Below the pieces are notes generated by a model that had not been told where the DNA came from, searched no databases, and was given only the letters and a program-made list of their open reading frames with translations. A stretch of 64,000 nucleotides of DNA from Balanoglossus misakiensis (taxonomy: Eukaryota; Animalia; Hemichordata): the NCBI GenBank assembly GCA_040954595.2, contig CM082595.2, positions 1 through 64,000 on the forward strand, read 5' to 3'. The translations under genes were made by a program, and so were the position numbers. Positions 21,291-34,983 of this stretch are shown one piece after another (within the stretch, counting starts at the first letter, position 1; each line of letters begins with the position of its first letter).

Positions 21291-24200
21291 CCAAGTCCTT
21301 GTCCATTTCTACCATCATCATCATTTGGAAAATCACCAGTCTTCACACTTCAGCTTGAGCTAAGAAAGTAACAGAAAAAAAAATAGATTCGCTTTTAATT
21401 AATGAAATGATCACACGTTTTATAGCATTGATTCATTCGGCTTAAGTTAAATTTGGAAGTCTTCCAATACTATATACACTCATAAAATGTTGACTACAAA
21501 CCTTCATATTTTCTTCATTTGACAACCAGATATGTTAATCTGCCATCATGCAAATAATTTATGGGGTGAGTGCAATACCAAGTCCTTGTCCACTTCTACC
21601 ATTGGCAATATCTGGATAAAAACATCAGTCTGCACTCTTCGCCATATTCTAACAAAAAAACAGAAAAATTTTATCCATGATTAATGAACAAATTGGCGAA
21701 AGATTGTATAAATTGATTCAATGAGTTAAATTTGGATGTGTTCCAATACTATATACACTCTTAAAAGGTTGAGTACAAACCTTTATATTTTCTTCATTTG
21801 ACAACCAGATATGTTCATCTGCCCTTTATTTGACATCCAAATATCTCCATCTGCCATCATGCAAGTAGTTTATTGGGTGACTGGAAGACCATGTACTTGT
21901 CCACTTCTACCTATTTCAACATTCAGATACACAACATCAGCCTCCACTCTTCACCATATTCTAACAAAACAACAGAAAAAAAAATATTCATGATCAATGA
22001 ACAAAGTGGTGACATATTTTATGAAATTGATTCAATGAGTTAAGTTTGGATTTGTTTCAACACTATATACACTCTTAAAATGTTGACTGCAAACCTGTAT
22101 GTTTTCTTTATTTGACATCCAAATATCTTCATCTGCCATCATGCAAGTAGTTTATTGGGTGACTGGGAAACCAAGTCCTTGTCCACTTCTACCAATGGCA
22201 ACATTCAGATACACAACATCAGCCTGCACTCTTTGACATATTCTAACAAAACAACAGAAAAAAATGATTCATGATCAATGAACAAAGTGGTGACATATAT
22301 TATAAAATTGATTCAATGAGTTAAGTTTGAATTTGTTCCAATACTATATACACTTGTTGACTGCAAACCTGTACGTTTTCTTCATTTGACATCCATATAT
22401 CTTCATCTGCCATCATGCAAGTTGTTAATTGGCTGACTGCAAGACCGAGTCCTTGTCCACTTCTACCGTTGGCACCATTTAGAAATTAAACATCATTCTT
22501 CATGCTTGAACTTGCTTCATCTGCCATCATGCAAGTACTTTATTGGCTGACTGGAAGACCAAGTCCTTGTCCACTTCTACCATTGGCAACATTCAGATAC
22601 ACAACATCAGCCTGCACTCTTCGCCATATTCTAACAAAACAACAGAAAAAAAAATTATTCATGATCAATGAACAAAGTCAAGACATAGTTTATAAAATTG
22701 ATTCAATGCGTTAAGCTTGGATTTGTTCCAACACTATATACACTCTTAAAATTTTGACTGCATACCTGTATGTTTTCTTTATTTGACATCCAAATATCTT
22801 CATCTGCCATCATGCAAGTAGTTTATTGGGTGACTGGGAAACCATGTCCTTGTCCACTTCTACCAATGGCAACATTCAGATACACAACATCAGCCTGCAC
22901 TCTTCGCCATATTCTAACAAAACAACAGAAAAAAAATTATTCATGATCAATGAACAAAGTGGTGACATATATTATTAAATTGATTCAATGAGTTAAGCTT
23001 GGATTTGTTCCAATACTATATACACTCTTAAAATATTGACTGCAAACCTTTATGTTTTCTTAATTTGACATCCAAATATCTTCATCAACCATCATGCAAG
23101 TAGTTTATTGGGTGACTGGGAAACCAAGTCCTTGTCTACTTCTACCAATGGCAACATTCAGATACACAACATCAGCCTGCACTCTTCGACATATTCTAAC
23201 AAAACAACAGACAAAAAATGATTCATGATCAATGAACAAAGTGGTGACATATATTATAACATTGATTCAATGAGTTAAGTTTGAATTTGTTCCAATACTA
23301 TATACACTTGTTGACTGCAAACCTGTACGTTTTCTTCATTTGACATCCATATATCTTCATCTGCCATCATGCAAGTTGTTAATTGGCTGACTGCAAGACC
23401 AAGTCCTTGTCCACTTCTACCGTTGGCATCATTTAGAAATTAAACATCATTCTTCATGCTTGAACTTGCTTCATCTGCCATCATGCAAGTACTTTATTGG
23501 CTGACTGGAAGACCAAGTCCTTGTCCACTTCTACCATTGGCAACATTCAGATACACAACATCAGCCTGCACTCTTCGCCATATTCTAACAAAACAACAGA
23601 AAAAAAATTATTCATGATCAATGAACAAAGTGGTGACATATATTATTAAATTGATTCAATGAGTTAAGCTTGGATTTGTTCCAACACTATATACACTCTT
23701 AAAATATTGACTGCAAACCTTTATGTTTTCTTAATTTGACATCCAAATATCTTCATCAGCCATCATGCAAGTAGTTTATTGGGTGACTGGGAAACCAAGT
23801 CCTTGTCCACTTCTACCAATGGCAACATTCAGATACACAACATCAGCCTGCACTCTTCGACATATTCTAACAAAACAACAGACAAAAAATGATTCATGAT
23901 CAATGAACAAAGTGGTGACATATATTATAAAATTGATTCAATGAGTTAAGTTTGAATTTGTTCCAATACTATATACACTTGTTGACTGCAAACCTGTACG
24001 TTTTCTTCATTTGACATCCATATATCTTCATCTGCCATCATGCAAGTTGTTAATTGGCTGACTGCAAGACCAAGTCCTTGTCCACTTCTACCGTTGGCAC
24101 CATTTAGAAATTAAAGATCATTCTTCATGCTTGAACTTGCTTCATCTGCCATCATGCAAGTACTTTATTGGCTGACTGGAAGACCAAGTCCTTGTCCACT

Positions 24201-25290
24201 TCTACCATTGGCAACATTCAGATACACAACATCAGCCTGCACTCTTCGCCATATTCTAACAAAACAACAGAAAAAAAATTATTCATGATCAATGAACAAA
24301 GTCGTGACATAGTTTATAAAATTGATTCAATGAGTTAAGCTTGGATTTGTTCCAACACTATATACACTCTTAAAATGTTGACTGCAAACCTTTATGTTTT
24401 CTTAATTTGACATCCAAATATCTTCATCAGCCATCATGCAAGTAGTTTATTGGGTGACTGGGAAACCAAGTCCTTGTCCACTTCTACCAATGGCAACATT
24501 CAGATACACAACATCAGCCTGCACTCTTCGGCATATTCTAACAAAACAACAGAAAAAAATGATTCATGATCAATGAACAAAGTGGTGACATATTTTATAA
24601 AATTGATTCAATGAGTTAAGTTTGAATTTGTTCCAATATACACTTGTTGCCTGCAAACCTGTACGTTTTCTTCATTTGACATCCATATATCTTCATCTGC
24701 CATCATGCAAGTTTTTTATTGGCTGACTGCAAAACCAAGTCCTTGTCCACTTCTACCGTTGGCACCATTTAGAAATTAAACATCATTCTTCATGCTTGAA
24801 CTTGCTTCATCTGCCATCATGGAAGTACTTTATTGGGTGACTGGGAAACCAAGTCCTTGTCCACTTCTACCAATGGCAACATTCAGATACACAACATCAG
24901 CCTGCACTCTTCGGCATATTCTAACAAAACAACAGAAAAAAATTTATTCATGATCAATGAACAAAGTGGTGACATATTTTATAAAATTGATTCAATGAGT
25001 TAAGTTTGAATTTGTTCCAATATACACTTGTTGCCTGCAAACCTGTACGTTTTCTTCATTTGACATCCATATATCTTCATCTGCCATCATGCAAGTTTTT
25101 TATTGGCTGACTGCAAAACCAAGTCCTTGTCCACTTCTACCGTTGGCACCATTTAGAAATTAAACATCATTCTTCATGCTTGAACTTGCTTCATCTGCCA
25201 TCATGCAAGTACTCTATTGGCTGGCTGGAAAATCAAGTCCTTGTCCACTTCTACCATTGGCATCATTTGGAATTTTGTCGTCATCCTTCC
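21245..25290. repeat. AT-rich composite tandem array of ~275-285-bp (A) and ~114-bp (B) units
   Basis: Both unit types start TTCATCTGCCATCATGCAAGT...AAGTCCTTGTCCACTTCTACC; B units begin near 22402, 23355, 24027, 24692 and 25076, interspersed with one to three A units. Confidence 0.92.
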
Positions 25291-25744
25291 TGCTTAACTT
25301 AAAGCAATTATACTTCAATTGTTAGTTTCTGTTATATTATAGCACACAAGTAAACAATTACCAAAAATTTGCTAAACTTATCTACCATCACGGTTGGAAA
25401 GCTTCTCAACTATTGTAGACATTGGGAGAACTTCATGACAAGATAAAATTCGGACAAGGATACATTAGGGATTCACATACACATACATTACATAGATGCA
25501 TACATTACATACTAGACTTGCTCCAAGTCTATGGTCTGTGTAGGGAACGTGTCGAGCTTGGTCGACGCTACCCGAAACCACAAGCTCAGTCGCAAATTCG
25601 AAACTCGCCTCACTACCAAAAACACGCTTAAGGCAAGCATGCATGCAAAAAGTATTGAAATTATTTATTAAGACAAAAAACCACCGAAAACACAAAAAGT
25701 ATTGAGATTTAAAAATCACCAAGCGACTAGTGGGCTAGTCTAAT

Positions 25745-25904
25745 TACATACATGCATACATACATTACATACATTACATACATTACATACATTACATACA
25801 TTGCATACATAGCATACATACATACATACATACATACATACATACATACATACATACATACATACATACATACATACATACATACATTACATACATTACA
25901 TACA

Positions 25905-25935
<31 letters not shown>

Positions 25936-25975
25936 CATACATACATACATACATACATACATACATACATACATA
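25745..25975. repeat. (CATA)n microsatellite with CATTACATA variants
   Basis: Direct reading. Confidence 0.95.
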
Positions 25976-27080
25976 GAGAACAATTCTGTACCCTAAAATT
26001 TGAAATGAGTAATTTTCCTGACCTTCACTTTCAGGTTTTGGGAAATATAGCTATTTTAAATTGAATTAGAATACAATACTTAATTTCATCTGTATACTTC
26101 TAACTGGCTCATTATGAAAACTAGAAATAGTCACAAGAATAAAAGTTTCTTATAGCCTGCTTATACCACTCCAGCCAAAGTATTAGTTGTTATAGTTAGT
26201 TAATGGTGTGTTAGTACGTTAATATTGAAGTTAGAAAAAATGGCTGAAATGGCACAAACAGTTTTCTAGATTGAATCAATTTGATTTGACTGCACAATTC
26301 ACTAAACAAAATTTCCTCAATGCATACATGTAATTTTTAGAATTACTGAATCATATGGACATTTAGGCTACAGTTAAATAAGCATAGTTGAGTTAAATGG
26401 TTACAGACTTGTTCTCTCTGTAATATTGTTTTAACACACATTAAACACACATGTTCATGTATGTATGTATGTATGTATGTATGTATGTATGTATGTATGT
26501 ATGTATGTATGTATGTATGTATGTATGTATGTATGTATGTATGTATGTATGTATGTATGCATGCATGCATGCATGCATGCATGTATGCATGTATGCATGT
26601 ATGTCTATGAGAATTCATACTGTGTCCTAATCTGAATCCTTCTTGTCATGAAGTTTTCCCAATGGCTGCAACAATTGGGAAGCTCTCCAACTGTGATAGT
26701 AGACAAGTGTGCTAATTTACATAATTGCAATTCTGCGCACGTAACCAGTGAGATCAAGGGAACGCATACGAAAAGTCATTAATTTTCACTGGATCAACAG
26801 ATTAAGGAGCAAAATTCACTCATTTTGACCGTTTAGAGATTGCTTTTGTATGACAGAAAATGATGGTTACAAATCAACATCAATTTTTAACACAAACATA
26901 ATACGAGTAATCAATGTATACTTGATATCATTGAAAGGTCAAAAAGCGATTTTGCCGCTTTAAGAAAAAAACTGGACTGAACGCAATCCCTTCATTCTCA
27001 TTATAAACTCTTAAAATGCTGACTAAAAACCTGTGTCTTCTCTTCATTTAGCATCCAAATATCTTCATCTGCGATCATGG
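25930..27080 (+). repeat. Diverged segmental duplicate, copy B
   Basis: Colinear with 20412-21290; carries an extra (TATG)n-containing segment and lacks the TTAGGG tract. Confidence 0.8.
26456..26605. repeat. (TATG)n/(CATG)n microsatellite
   Basis: Direct reading. Confidence 0.95.
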
Positions 27081-27291
27081 ACGCTACATGGTCTATGATA
27101 AAACACACTCAAATTGAATAAGGATCTATAAAAACATGCATTAGTAGAATTGAAGTGTAAAGTTCATTACTGCAATGCCATGGAAATCTTAATGCCTGAA
27201 GCACAATTCATCAACAGCATCCACAATAAAGTTTTCCGCCTACACAATAACAATTCCCTCATGTTACAAACTGTCGACCACCTGCCAAAAA

Positions 27292-27452
27292 ATGCAACTT
27301 GAATTTAATGAAGCCCACGCTGGGTTCCGTAGAGGATATTTAACCATAGATAGCTTTTTTATATTACAATCTGGTGTTCAAAAGTATTTAACATGCAAAG
27401 GTGGCAACTTTTATTGTCCTTTTATAGGCTTTTCGAAAACTTTTGATACTGA
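27292..27452 (+). mobile_element. Non-LTR retrotransposon reverse transcriptase fragment (degenerate)
   Basis: Translation EAHAGFRRGYLTIDSFFILQSGVQKYL...FYCPFIGFSKTFDT resembles the LINE RT motif pair Q.GFR...ST.D..F.L and F.DF.KAFD. Confidence 0.75.
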
Positions 27453-27649
27453 CGCTCGTCTAGTTACTCGCACAAAATGCACCAACACATCCACCAGTGA
27501 AGAGAGAGCTTCATCGGTTGCCGATCCACGCTAGGATTAATTTCAAAATTCTTGTTTTTTTTATATAAAATTTTCCTCCATAAAGCATATGCTTATCTTT
27601 CTGATCTAATCACAGTTTACGTTCAAAAACGGTTTACACGCTCAGTATT

Positions 27650-27765
27650 CACACCAATTTTTTAATGCCGCACACACTTTATGGAATGCCTTACCAAAAG
27701 AAATTAGATTGTCACTATATGTTACATCTCTGAAAACATATCGCTTTAGAAAGTATTATTATTAA
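27650..27765 (+). mobile_element. L2/CR1-type LINE 3' end fragment
   Basis: Translation AAHTLWNALPKEIR...SLKTY resembles the conserved L2 ORF2 C-terminus (AP.LWN.LP..IR....F...LKT.LF), followed by a short (TAT)n tail. Confidence 0.6.
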
Positions 27766-28545
27766 ATGAAGCCTGGCACAAAACTAGAAAACGACTGGCA
27801 ATCGACAAGCGAACGCGAGACATCATAAAAACATTACGAAAACGCGCAGAAACTGATGACGTATCGCTATACCTTCCGTTCACGTATGCAAACATAATCT
27901 CTCAGTTTGATCAACATATCATAGGTAGAATGTAACGACAAGAACAACTAAAATAAACGGACCATTTCACAACGATAATAAAACTCTCTGCGCCTTTTAA
28001 TTACAATCGATAAACACATGACCGTCAATAATAAACGAAAGATATACCAGCATTGAAAATGAAGCCTGACACAAAACTAGGCAAAATTAAAACTGCTCAT
28101 GAAAACTAAAACGATTTCACGTTAAAAACGGCTGGCAAACGACAGGCGAACGCGTGACACTATCAAAACATGACCTTCAAGACAGCACGCAGAAACTGAT
28201 GACGTATCCCTATACTTTCCGTTCATGTATGCAATCTTTATCCCACAGTTTGATCAATATATCATAAGTAGAATGAAATGTCAATGACCAGAAGCGGACT
28301 ATTTCACAACGATAACAGAGCTCTCTGTACCTGTTTTTACACCTAAAATTTAGCAAAATCTGGTTGCAATCGATAATTACATGACCGCCAATAATAAATG
28401 AAAGAAATGCCAAAATTGAAAATGAGGCCGAAATAAAACTAGGCAAAAAATGCTCGCGGAAACGCACACGTGGAAACCACCGATTTCATGTTGAAAACGA
28501 CTGGCAAACGACAAGCGAACGCGTGACATCACGAAAACATAAGAG
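27764..28545. repeat. Diverged tandem repeat, ~295-360-bp unit, about 2.4 copies
   Basis: AAATGAAGCCTG.CACAAAACTAG and AAAACG.CTGGCAA.CGACA.GCGAACGCG.GACA recur at about 27764, 28057 and 28420. Confidence 0.75.
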
Positions 28546-30249
28546 CCCCGGACTTCAATAAATATTGCACGTTTTACCACAACAACTGGAGATTCGCTCC
28601 TTATTTTCTCTCGACTACCACTCCCCAACTCCCACCAGAAATCTCTAATTAATAGACGATTTATTTGGTGCAAGCGTACTTTTGCGTCCGCGCTAGGTTC
28701 TAAGCGGAAAACCATATCAAAACTTGGAACAATAGCGAGTACTCCGAAACGCGACAACTCTCACTTTAGAAAATTGGCTAAAATTACAAGCGGAGTTCTT
28801 CAACTTTTCCCCACTAAAGACAAGAAGTCGCAGCGCAAATTTTAGTAAATACAGGCTACTTATCTGTTTATTATCTTGGGTTCCAGGCTGTAGAAATTCA
28901 TTTAGCTTGTCAGATAAAATCACGTAGCTCTGCGGGCTGTTGCTCTCTTGATAGTCCGGGTCGTTCTGCGCTCGTTGCATTTGAAAACGTGGATGACCTC
29001 GTAGCACAGGTGCAGGGTATTCAGTTGACCCTCGCTAAGTCGCCGTTTAGCGGCACGCCACCACATGCATGAATAATAAATCAAATACACCTGGTCAAAA
29101 AAGAACAGTTCACTTTTCGTATCAAACAAAATTGACATGGGTTATAGCTCATACACCCTCAAAATGTAAAATTCTTGTCTAAGTGAAATTTGGTAATTTT
29201 CATGTTATATGCATGGACTGACAGACCTGCAACTGGAACTGCGCCTAAAACTATGTTAAATTTATAAAATTATAATTTCCAAAAACGGTTTCACACTCGA
29301 GCTGCCCCAAAATGATGTTAAACTTGAGAAATTAATGATTTCTAAGACAAGTCTCATCTAAACACGATGGGTATTAAACTTTCAGATTCTTGAGTACAAA
29401 ATTATGGCTAATATCATGAAAATGTATGCTACCTATGCTACATTATCCATGAGTTATATAGTTCATGAATAATGTCCACCACTTAAAAAAAGTCGCAAAA
29501 TGACCAATTCATGACTTTGTGTACATATGTTTTATATAATATGAGTACCTTTTCCCATTTATTGAAGATGTTTGAAAAATGTTGACTGGAATGTCGGCAT
29601 CACTGTCAACAAAAACATTGAATGGAATTGTCGACAGACACCGTGGTGCGCCCTCTTTAGCGACCTATATTTTTCTTTCGAAATTCTGTCATGGTAACAC
29701 TACTTTCAAGGGGATGAACCCGCAACGACACACTTTTCGTGTGGGATGACTACACCTGGAGATATGACAGTCAATGTATCATATCTATTCATATCGCGCA
29801 TCGTGATTATTCAAGATAAATAATGCTTCAAACACTTGTCAAATTTCTCACATAACATAAAAAATCGCCAACGTTTGAATTCATTATGACATAACGGACA
29901 CACCCTGACTTCAGACTGGTTATAGTTCTTCGTATTCCAGGTATGACTTTGTTTGGAATGATATGTCAACTGGCTGAGTATCACACATTGTTAAAAGAAA
30001 ATCGTTTTGAAAGCTAGGCAGTGCATATTTCGTATAAGCTTACAACAGCAATTTACTCTTTTCATCTGCATGAACCTGTAAATGAACACAGCCATTATAA
30101 TTGCGTCGGCACTACATTTTACTAATATGAAACTATAAGAAACTCGGTTGTCATTTGGCAATTGTTCCATATTCATATGTAACAAACCGGTTTTGAAATT
30201 GTTAGGTGTTTGTTTTCGCTCTTATGTCCAACAGAAAATCTCGTGTGGA

Positions 30250-33200
30250 ATGAAAATGAAGGCACTGTTGTTGAGCATGGTCTTGGTGGTAGTGGCGTCT
30301 GCTGTAATCATCCCACATAACATGAAAAAACAGTTGAAGGAACGACAGATTGTTGTGCTGAAGGTACCCAATTTTGTAATATTGGGCGCGCACTGGAGAA
30401 TTGTTTTTGATATGGTTACTTGTCCTTTGGTCTTACTCTGGTAAAAAAATTAAGGTTTTCACACATGTATTCTGGCCGTATTCGTATCAATTAAGTTGTA
30501 CATAATTAAAACCATGGAAAATTATGAATGTTCTAATTATATCATCAAACCCATCCATATCTCACTCGAATATTATTTCCCAAATCTAGGATCGCCATAA
30601 TGAATTTATACGTGAGGGGGTAATCAAGAGAATTCAAGAGAGATTTGGTGACGTCCACGTTTTCCACCGTTACAGCAATGTCGTCAACGGATTTTCGGCG
30701 GCCATCACAGAAGATCTTGCAGAACAGGTTGAACACTGCATACTTGTCTTTCTTTGCTTGATTCTTTCCTCAATTTTAAGTGTATGGCTAGCTATGGCTA
30801 AATATGTACGTATGTATGTGTATACATGGTTCTATGTACCCCAGTATGTTTTCATGGGCGTACTCATCACATATTAATTTATATCACGTTTGAGATCATC
30901 TTTGCAGTAAAACAGACATTGTCTTTCCATCACAAATAGATTCGTCACTTTCAAGAAGTGGCTTATGTTGAACAAAACAAGCTGTATCAAAAGGAATATA
31001 GTGTGGACAGTTGGGGCATTGATCGAATTGACCAAACGGCTCTACCACTAGACAGCGCTTTCTATCCAGAAGGTGGGTCAGTAGAAATCGATCAAAGGTA
31101 TTGCTGTGGTAAAATTGCAGTTTTGAATGCAAATTAATCATTAAAGGGTGTGTGTCGCCCTATTTGCAATAGTGGGTAAGGGTCCCATATGAATAATGTG
31201 CAAGCAAGTCAAAGGGTTGACATCGGGGTTTTTTCCAGTAAGGTGGGTATTTATCTACATAAGCTTATGTCATGTCTTCTTTCATTTCAAATTCTGTTCT
31301 GGTAGGTTAATGTAGCTGGGAATATGCACAACACTCGTAACACTACTACAATCTAATTGAACTATCACATTTTAATTAAATGGACCATCTCTAACAGGTG
31401 ATGCATCCGGGGTTAATGCTTACGTCATCGACACTGGAATACGATTCGACCATGTTGATTTTGAAGGCAGGGCACGACTTTTCCTTGATGTTGTTGCTGA
31501 ACCGGTGAGAAACGCTTTTTATCTATTTAGTTAAAATTGTTCTTCTCTCGACTAAAACAGTTGTGTTCAGTTTTGAAGAGTTACCTTAACTGTAAGGTGA
31601 TTACTGATCGAACAATTATGATGGCTGTCCATTGCGACCATGGTTAAAAATCTACAATATGTTTCTTCAGTTTACTATAATTGTATTCTCAACCAGGCCC
31701 CGGATGGAGATTGCGATGGTCATGGCACTCACTGTGCTGGCATCCTGGGAGGCGCCCTCTACGGAGTTGCTAAGCAGGTTTCTCTGTGGAGTGTACGCGT
31801 ACTTGACTGTCAGGGATATGGTATTCTTGATGACCTTATTTATGGTAGGTATGAACTTTACACAACGCGCGTCGTTCTTGTGTCTGTCTGTCTGTCTCTG
31901 TTTGTGAGTCTGTGTGTGTGTCTGTCTGTTTATGTGTGTGTTCATGTGTGTGTGTGTGTGTCTGTCTGTCTGTCAAAGTCAGAACTCAATCTCAATCTTT
32001 CCAGTTGAAACTGCCTATCTTTCTCTTTTTCTCTTTCTTGCATTTGCAGTTCGAGAATTTTCATTTCCTTTTCTTGTTCAAGCCGTCTAAGTGCTAACTC
32101 TAATTCCAATCTTTTCAACTCTGTTCCTTCTGTGGGCTTTGCTTGATATTGCTTTAATGTTTCTTCACTAAACACATCTTCTTCCGACATCATATTCAAT
32201 AATAATTTTCTTGAGTTCTGATTTACATCTTCAATTTGTAATTTCTGCACAATGGCTAGCAGCTCTATTTTCTTAAGTTCGTCTAAAACCCGAGTGGTGG
32301 GAGATGTTACGAATTCTTCAATATTACTCATTGTTGCTGGCTGTCTGGTAAGTTTTAGCAAAAATTTACCTGCTTCACAAACAAACTTATGAGGGTTAAC
32401 TCCCTCTCCAGAATTTGGTTTTGTAGCCACAAAATTCAGCTCCCGGACGAGCCCCCAATTATGTTACGAACCAAAACCTCGCAACACAAACACCCAGACA
32501 GCAACAACAATAATACACTGAACACCCAAAGTTGTACGTTTCACTGCGAATCTATTTGTCACAGGAAGAAAAATAATATCATAGTACAAGCACTGAAACT
32601 TAAATGTTACTAGGGTTCTTACTCACATATTGTAATGTCCTCAAGAAACTTGTATCAGTTCCGCGGTAATATTACACCCGTGGTGAGCGGACGTGATAAT
32701 TCAGTGTTCCGTGAGTTCTCTGCACCGACCCGACGATGGTTCACGATGGCGTGCTGCTTTCTCACACAGTTCTTTCCTGAAGTCCTCTCAGAAGAAAGTA
32801 ACAGGTTCACTTCACTTACAGTTGCTGGCGTAGACATGCATTTTAAGTCCGAGAGCAACGCTGAATTCAAACCAACAGGACATACCCAAAGTGCTGAACT
32901 TCAACACCGAGCTCCCACGTGGATTACAAGATTCCAGTCCCCGTCGCTCATGGCCGAGTACAACTTGTCTGTTTTCTGGTCGGCTCACGTCACTTGACTG
33001 CTGTTGCCGAGATTCAAAAATATCAAAAACCCTTACGTAATATTCAAAATACCCAGCTGTACGGCTACTACAGCTAACGCTATGTTAATGACGTACACCC
33101 TTATTGTTCATCCACCACTGATATTTAAATTATATGCATTCGTAGTACAATCGTAACAGTGTTTGTCTGCCTCTTGTTACCAGGCTTTGTAACTCGTCAC

Positions 33201-34064
33201 TTATCTTTACAGCTATGGATTACGTTGTCTCAAATGGAACAAGGCCTGCTGTTGTATCGATGTCACTTGGTGGAGACAAAAGTCAAGTCATTGATGACGC
33301 GGTCGGCCGCATTGTAGATGCTGGGTTCTTCTATGTCACTTCCGGTGGAAACTTGAATGATGATGCCTGCTTGCAATCTCCCCAAGGTGCACCTAAGGTC
33401 TATAATTTATTTATTTATTTATTTTGCTTACTGTACATACGTACATACATACATTGATTCCATTTTCATCTTTTTTCAGGCATTCTCCGCTGCTTCGTCC
33501 ACGATCGGGGATGAAAGGTCAAGTTTCTCCAACTATGGTTCCTGTATCGATTTGTTTGCGCCAGGGTCGTCAATTAAGAGTGCATATTATCGCAGTCCAA
33601 CTGACACGGCTGTCTTGAGTGGAACCTCGATGGCTTGCCCCCATATTGCTGGTGAGTATGTAACGGACAAAGAATCAGACACTGTCTTGGGTCTCGCGAC
33701 ATTAACCTGTTTTGTAAGTCTGAAGGTTGTTTTACTAAACAGACAGAGGGTGTGTAGAAGGTAATGGGAAGCACCATGAAAGCTAGAATGTTTTAATGTA
33801 ACGTAGCTAAACAAGGTATTTAACCGTGCATCATAAGCAGCTAAAAAGAAATGGCGGTTGATACACAGAATACTAATGTTGAAAATATATTTTCATGTGA
33901 CAGGTGTTGGTGCTGTTATGCTTGGCATCAAAAATGACGCCACCCCTGAAGAGATCGGCCTCAGAATTCAACAAGACGCCACGCCGGACGTCATACTAGA
34001 TGCAAAGGAAGAATTCGGTACTCCAAATCTACTGCTTTATACCAGAGACGCAGCAATGCCATGA
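30250..34064 (+). CDS. Secreted subtilisin, proteinase K subfamily (S8A) with I9 propeptide, copy 1 (~385 aa, 8 coding exons)
   Basis: Exons 30250-30363, 30590-30727, 30940-31072, 31398-31504, 31697-31844, 33213-33397, 33480-33651, 33904-34064, all GT-AG and in frame; signal peptide; [41 protein letters not shown]; AATAAA at 34119. Confidence 0.93.
31975..33158 (-). mobile_element. Truncated Gypsy-type LTR retrotransposon (5' LTR, tRNA-Pro PBS, start of gag) in intron 5 of protease 1
   Basis: LTR TGTTACGA...TCGTAACA at 32462-33158; minus-strand TGGGGGCTCGTCCGGGAG at 32440-32457 (17/18 to the canonical tRNA-Pro PBS); downstream ORF with coiled-coil gag-like N-terminus (IEEFVTSPT...[15 protein letters not shown]) broken at a TG/TC microsatellite. 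Confidence 0.85.
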
Positions 34065-34983
34065 ATGGTCTGACTGCAAACGAACGATTCACCTCTGTTG
34101 TGTTTCCAGTATTCATGAAATAAAGCGTTTTAATGTAACCAGTTTACTAGTCCCAGTTTGTGGTTAATTGACATACACTAAACCACTTGTCACAAGTTTC
34201 AAGACATCCGTCCAACTACATCCTAGTTCCATATTTATCTCTTTCCAATCATAGCTGTATATCCGAGGACGGACGAATACATACTAGACAGACAGACAGA
34301 CAGAAGAGCAAACAGTGACGTGCTGACAGTCATAGTATGGAGATAGGCAGACAGGGACATGGAGAGATAAACACTGTCAGATAGACAAACAGATAGCCAG
34401 ACAGCACATCTGGCTAATTTGGAGCCTTCAAGTCAGAAGCATATGGAGTTTAATTTTGTCCTCATCAAGTGTCCTACATAAATTCACGTGATCACTCATA
34501 ATCGCGAATCTAAACTATACATCTGGGTTGACGAAATTTATCAAAATTATCAGCTCGTGTCTTCCAGATAAGGTGTGAATATAAAATATGTTGACGATAT
34601 TATCTCAGGTTTATTTTGTACTGACGGCAGGAAAGGTGAGCATAGTAGTTGTCTATTCCTAATTTAGTAAAATTTATGCAATGTCGGTGTTGCAGTATCT
34701 GAGAAATGTATAATGTCTTCCAGCTTCCATTATTTCAACGTATTGCTCCACGTGTGATATCTCTAATTTATAGTGCTTTTCTCATGATTCAGTTCGCTTG
34801 AGTTTTATCTCAACTGCCCCCGTAGCCTCTTGTCCCATTCGGAGATAGGCCTATTTCTAGAATATGCGCCTAACTCATCACCTCTTCTCTCTGTTATTTC
34901 CGTTCACTATGAAAATATTTCGAATTGACTGCTACATCATCCGATGCTGTGGTTGTTTTTGTTTTCTTTCCCTCATCAGCAAA

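Noticed and set aside
25727-26618. MYVC/HTYI repeat ORFs (also near 41.0-41.3 kb)
   Set aside because: Translations of (TATG)n/(CATA)n microsatellites.
29036-29668. Possible TIR pair (GTCGC...CGCCACCAC / GTGGTGCG...GCGAC)
   Set aside because: Similarity too short and gapped, and no target duplication seen.
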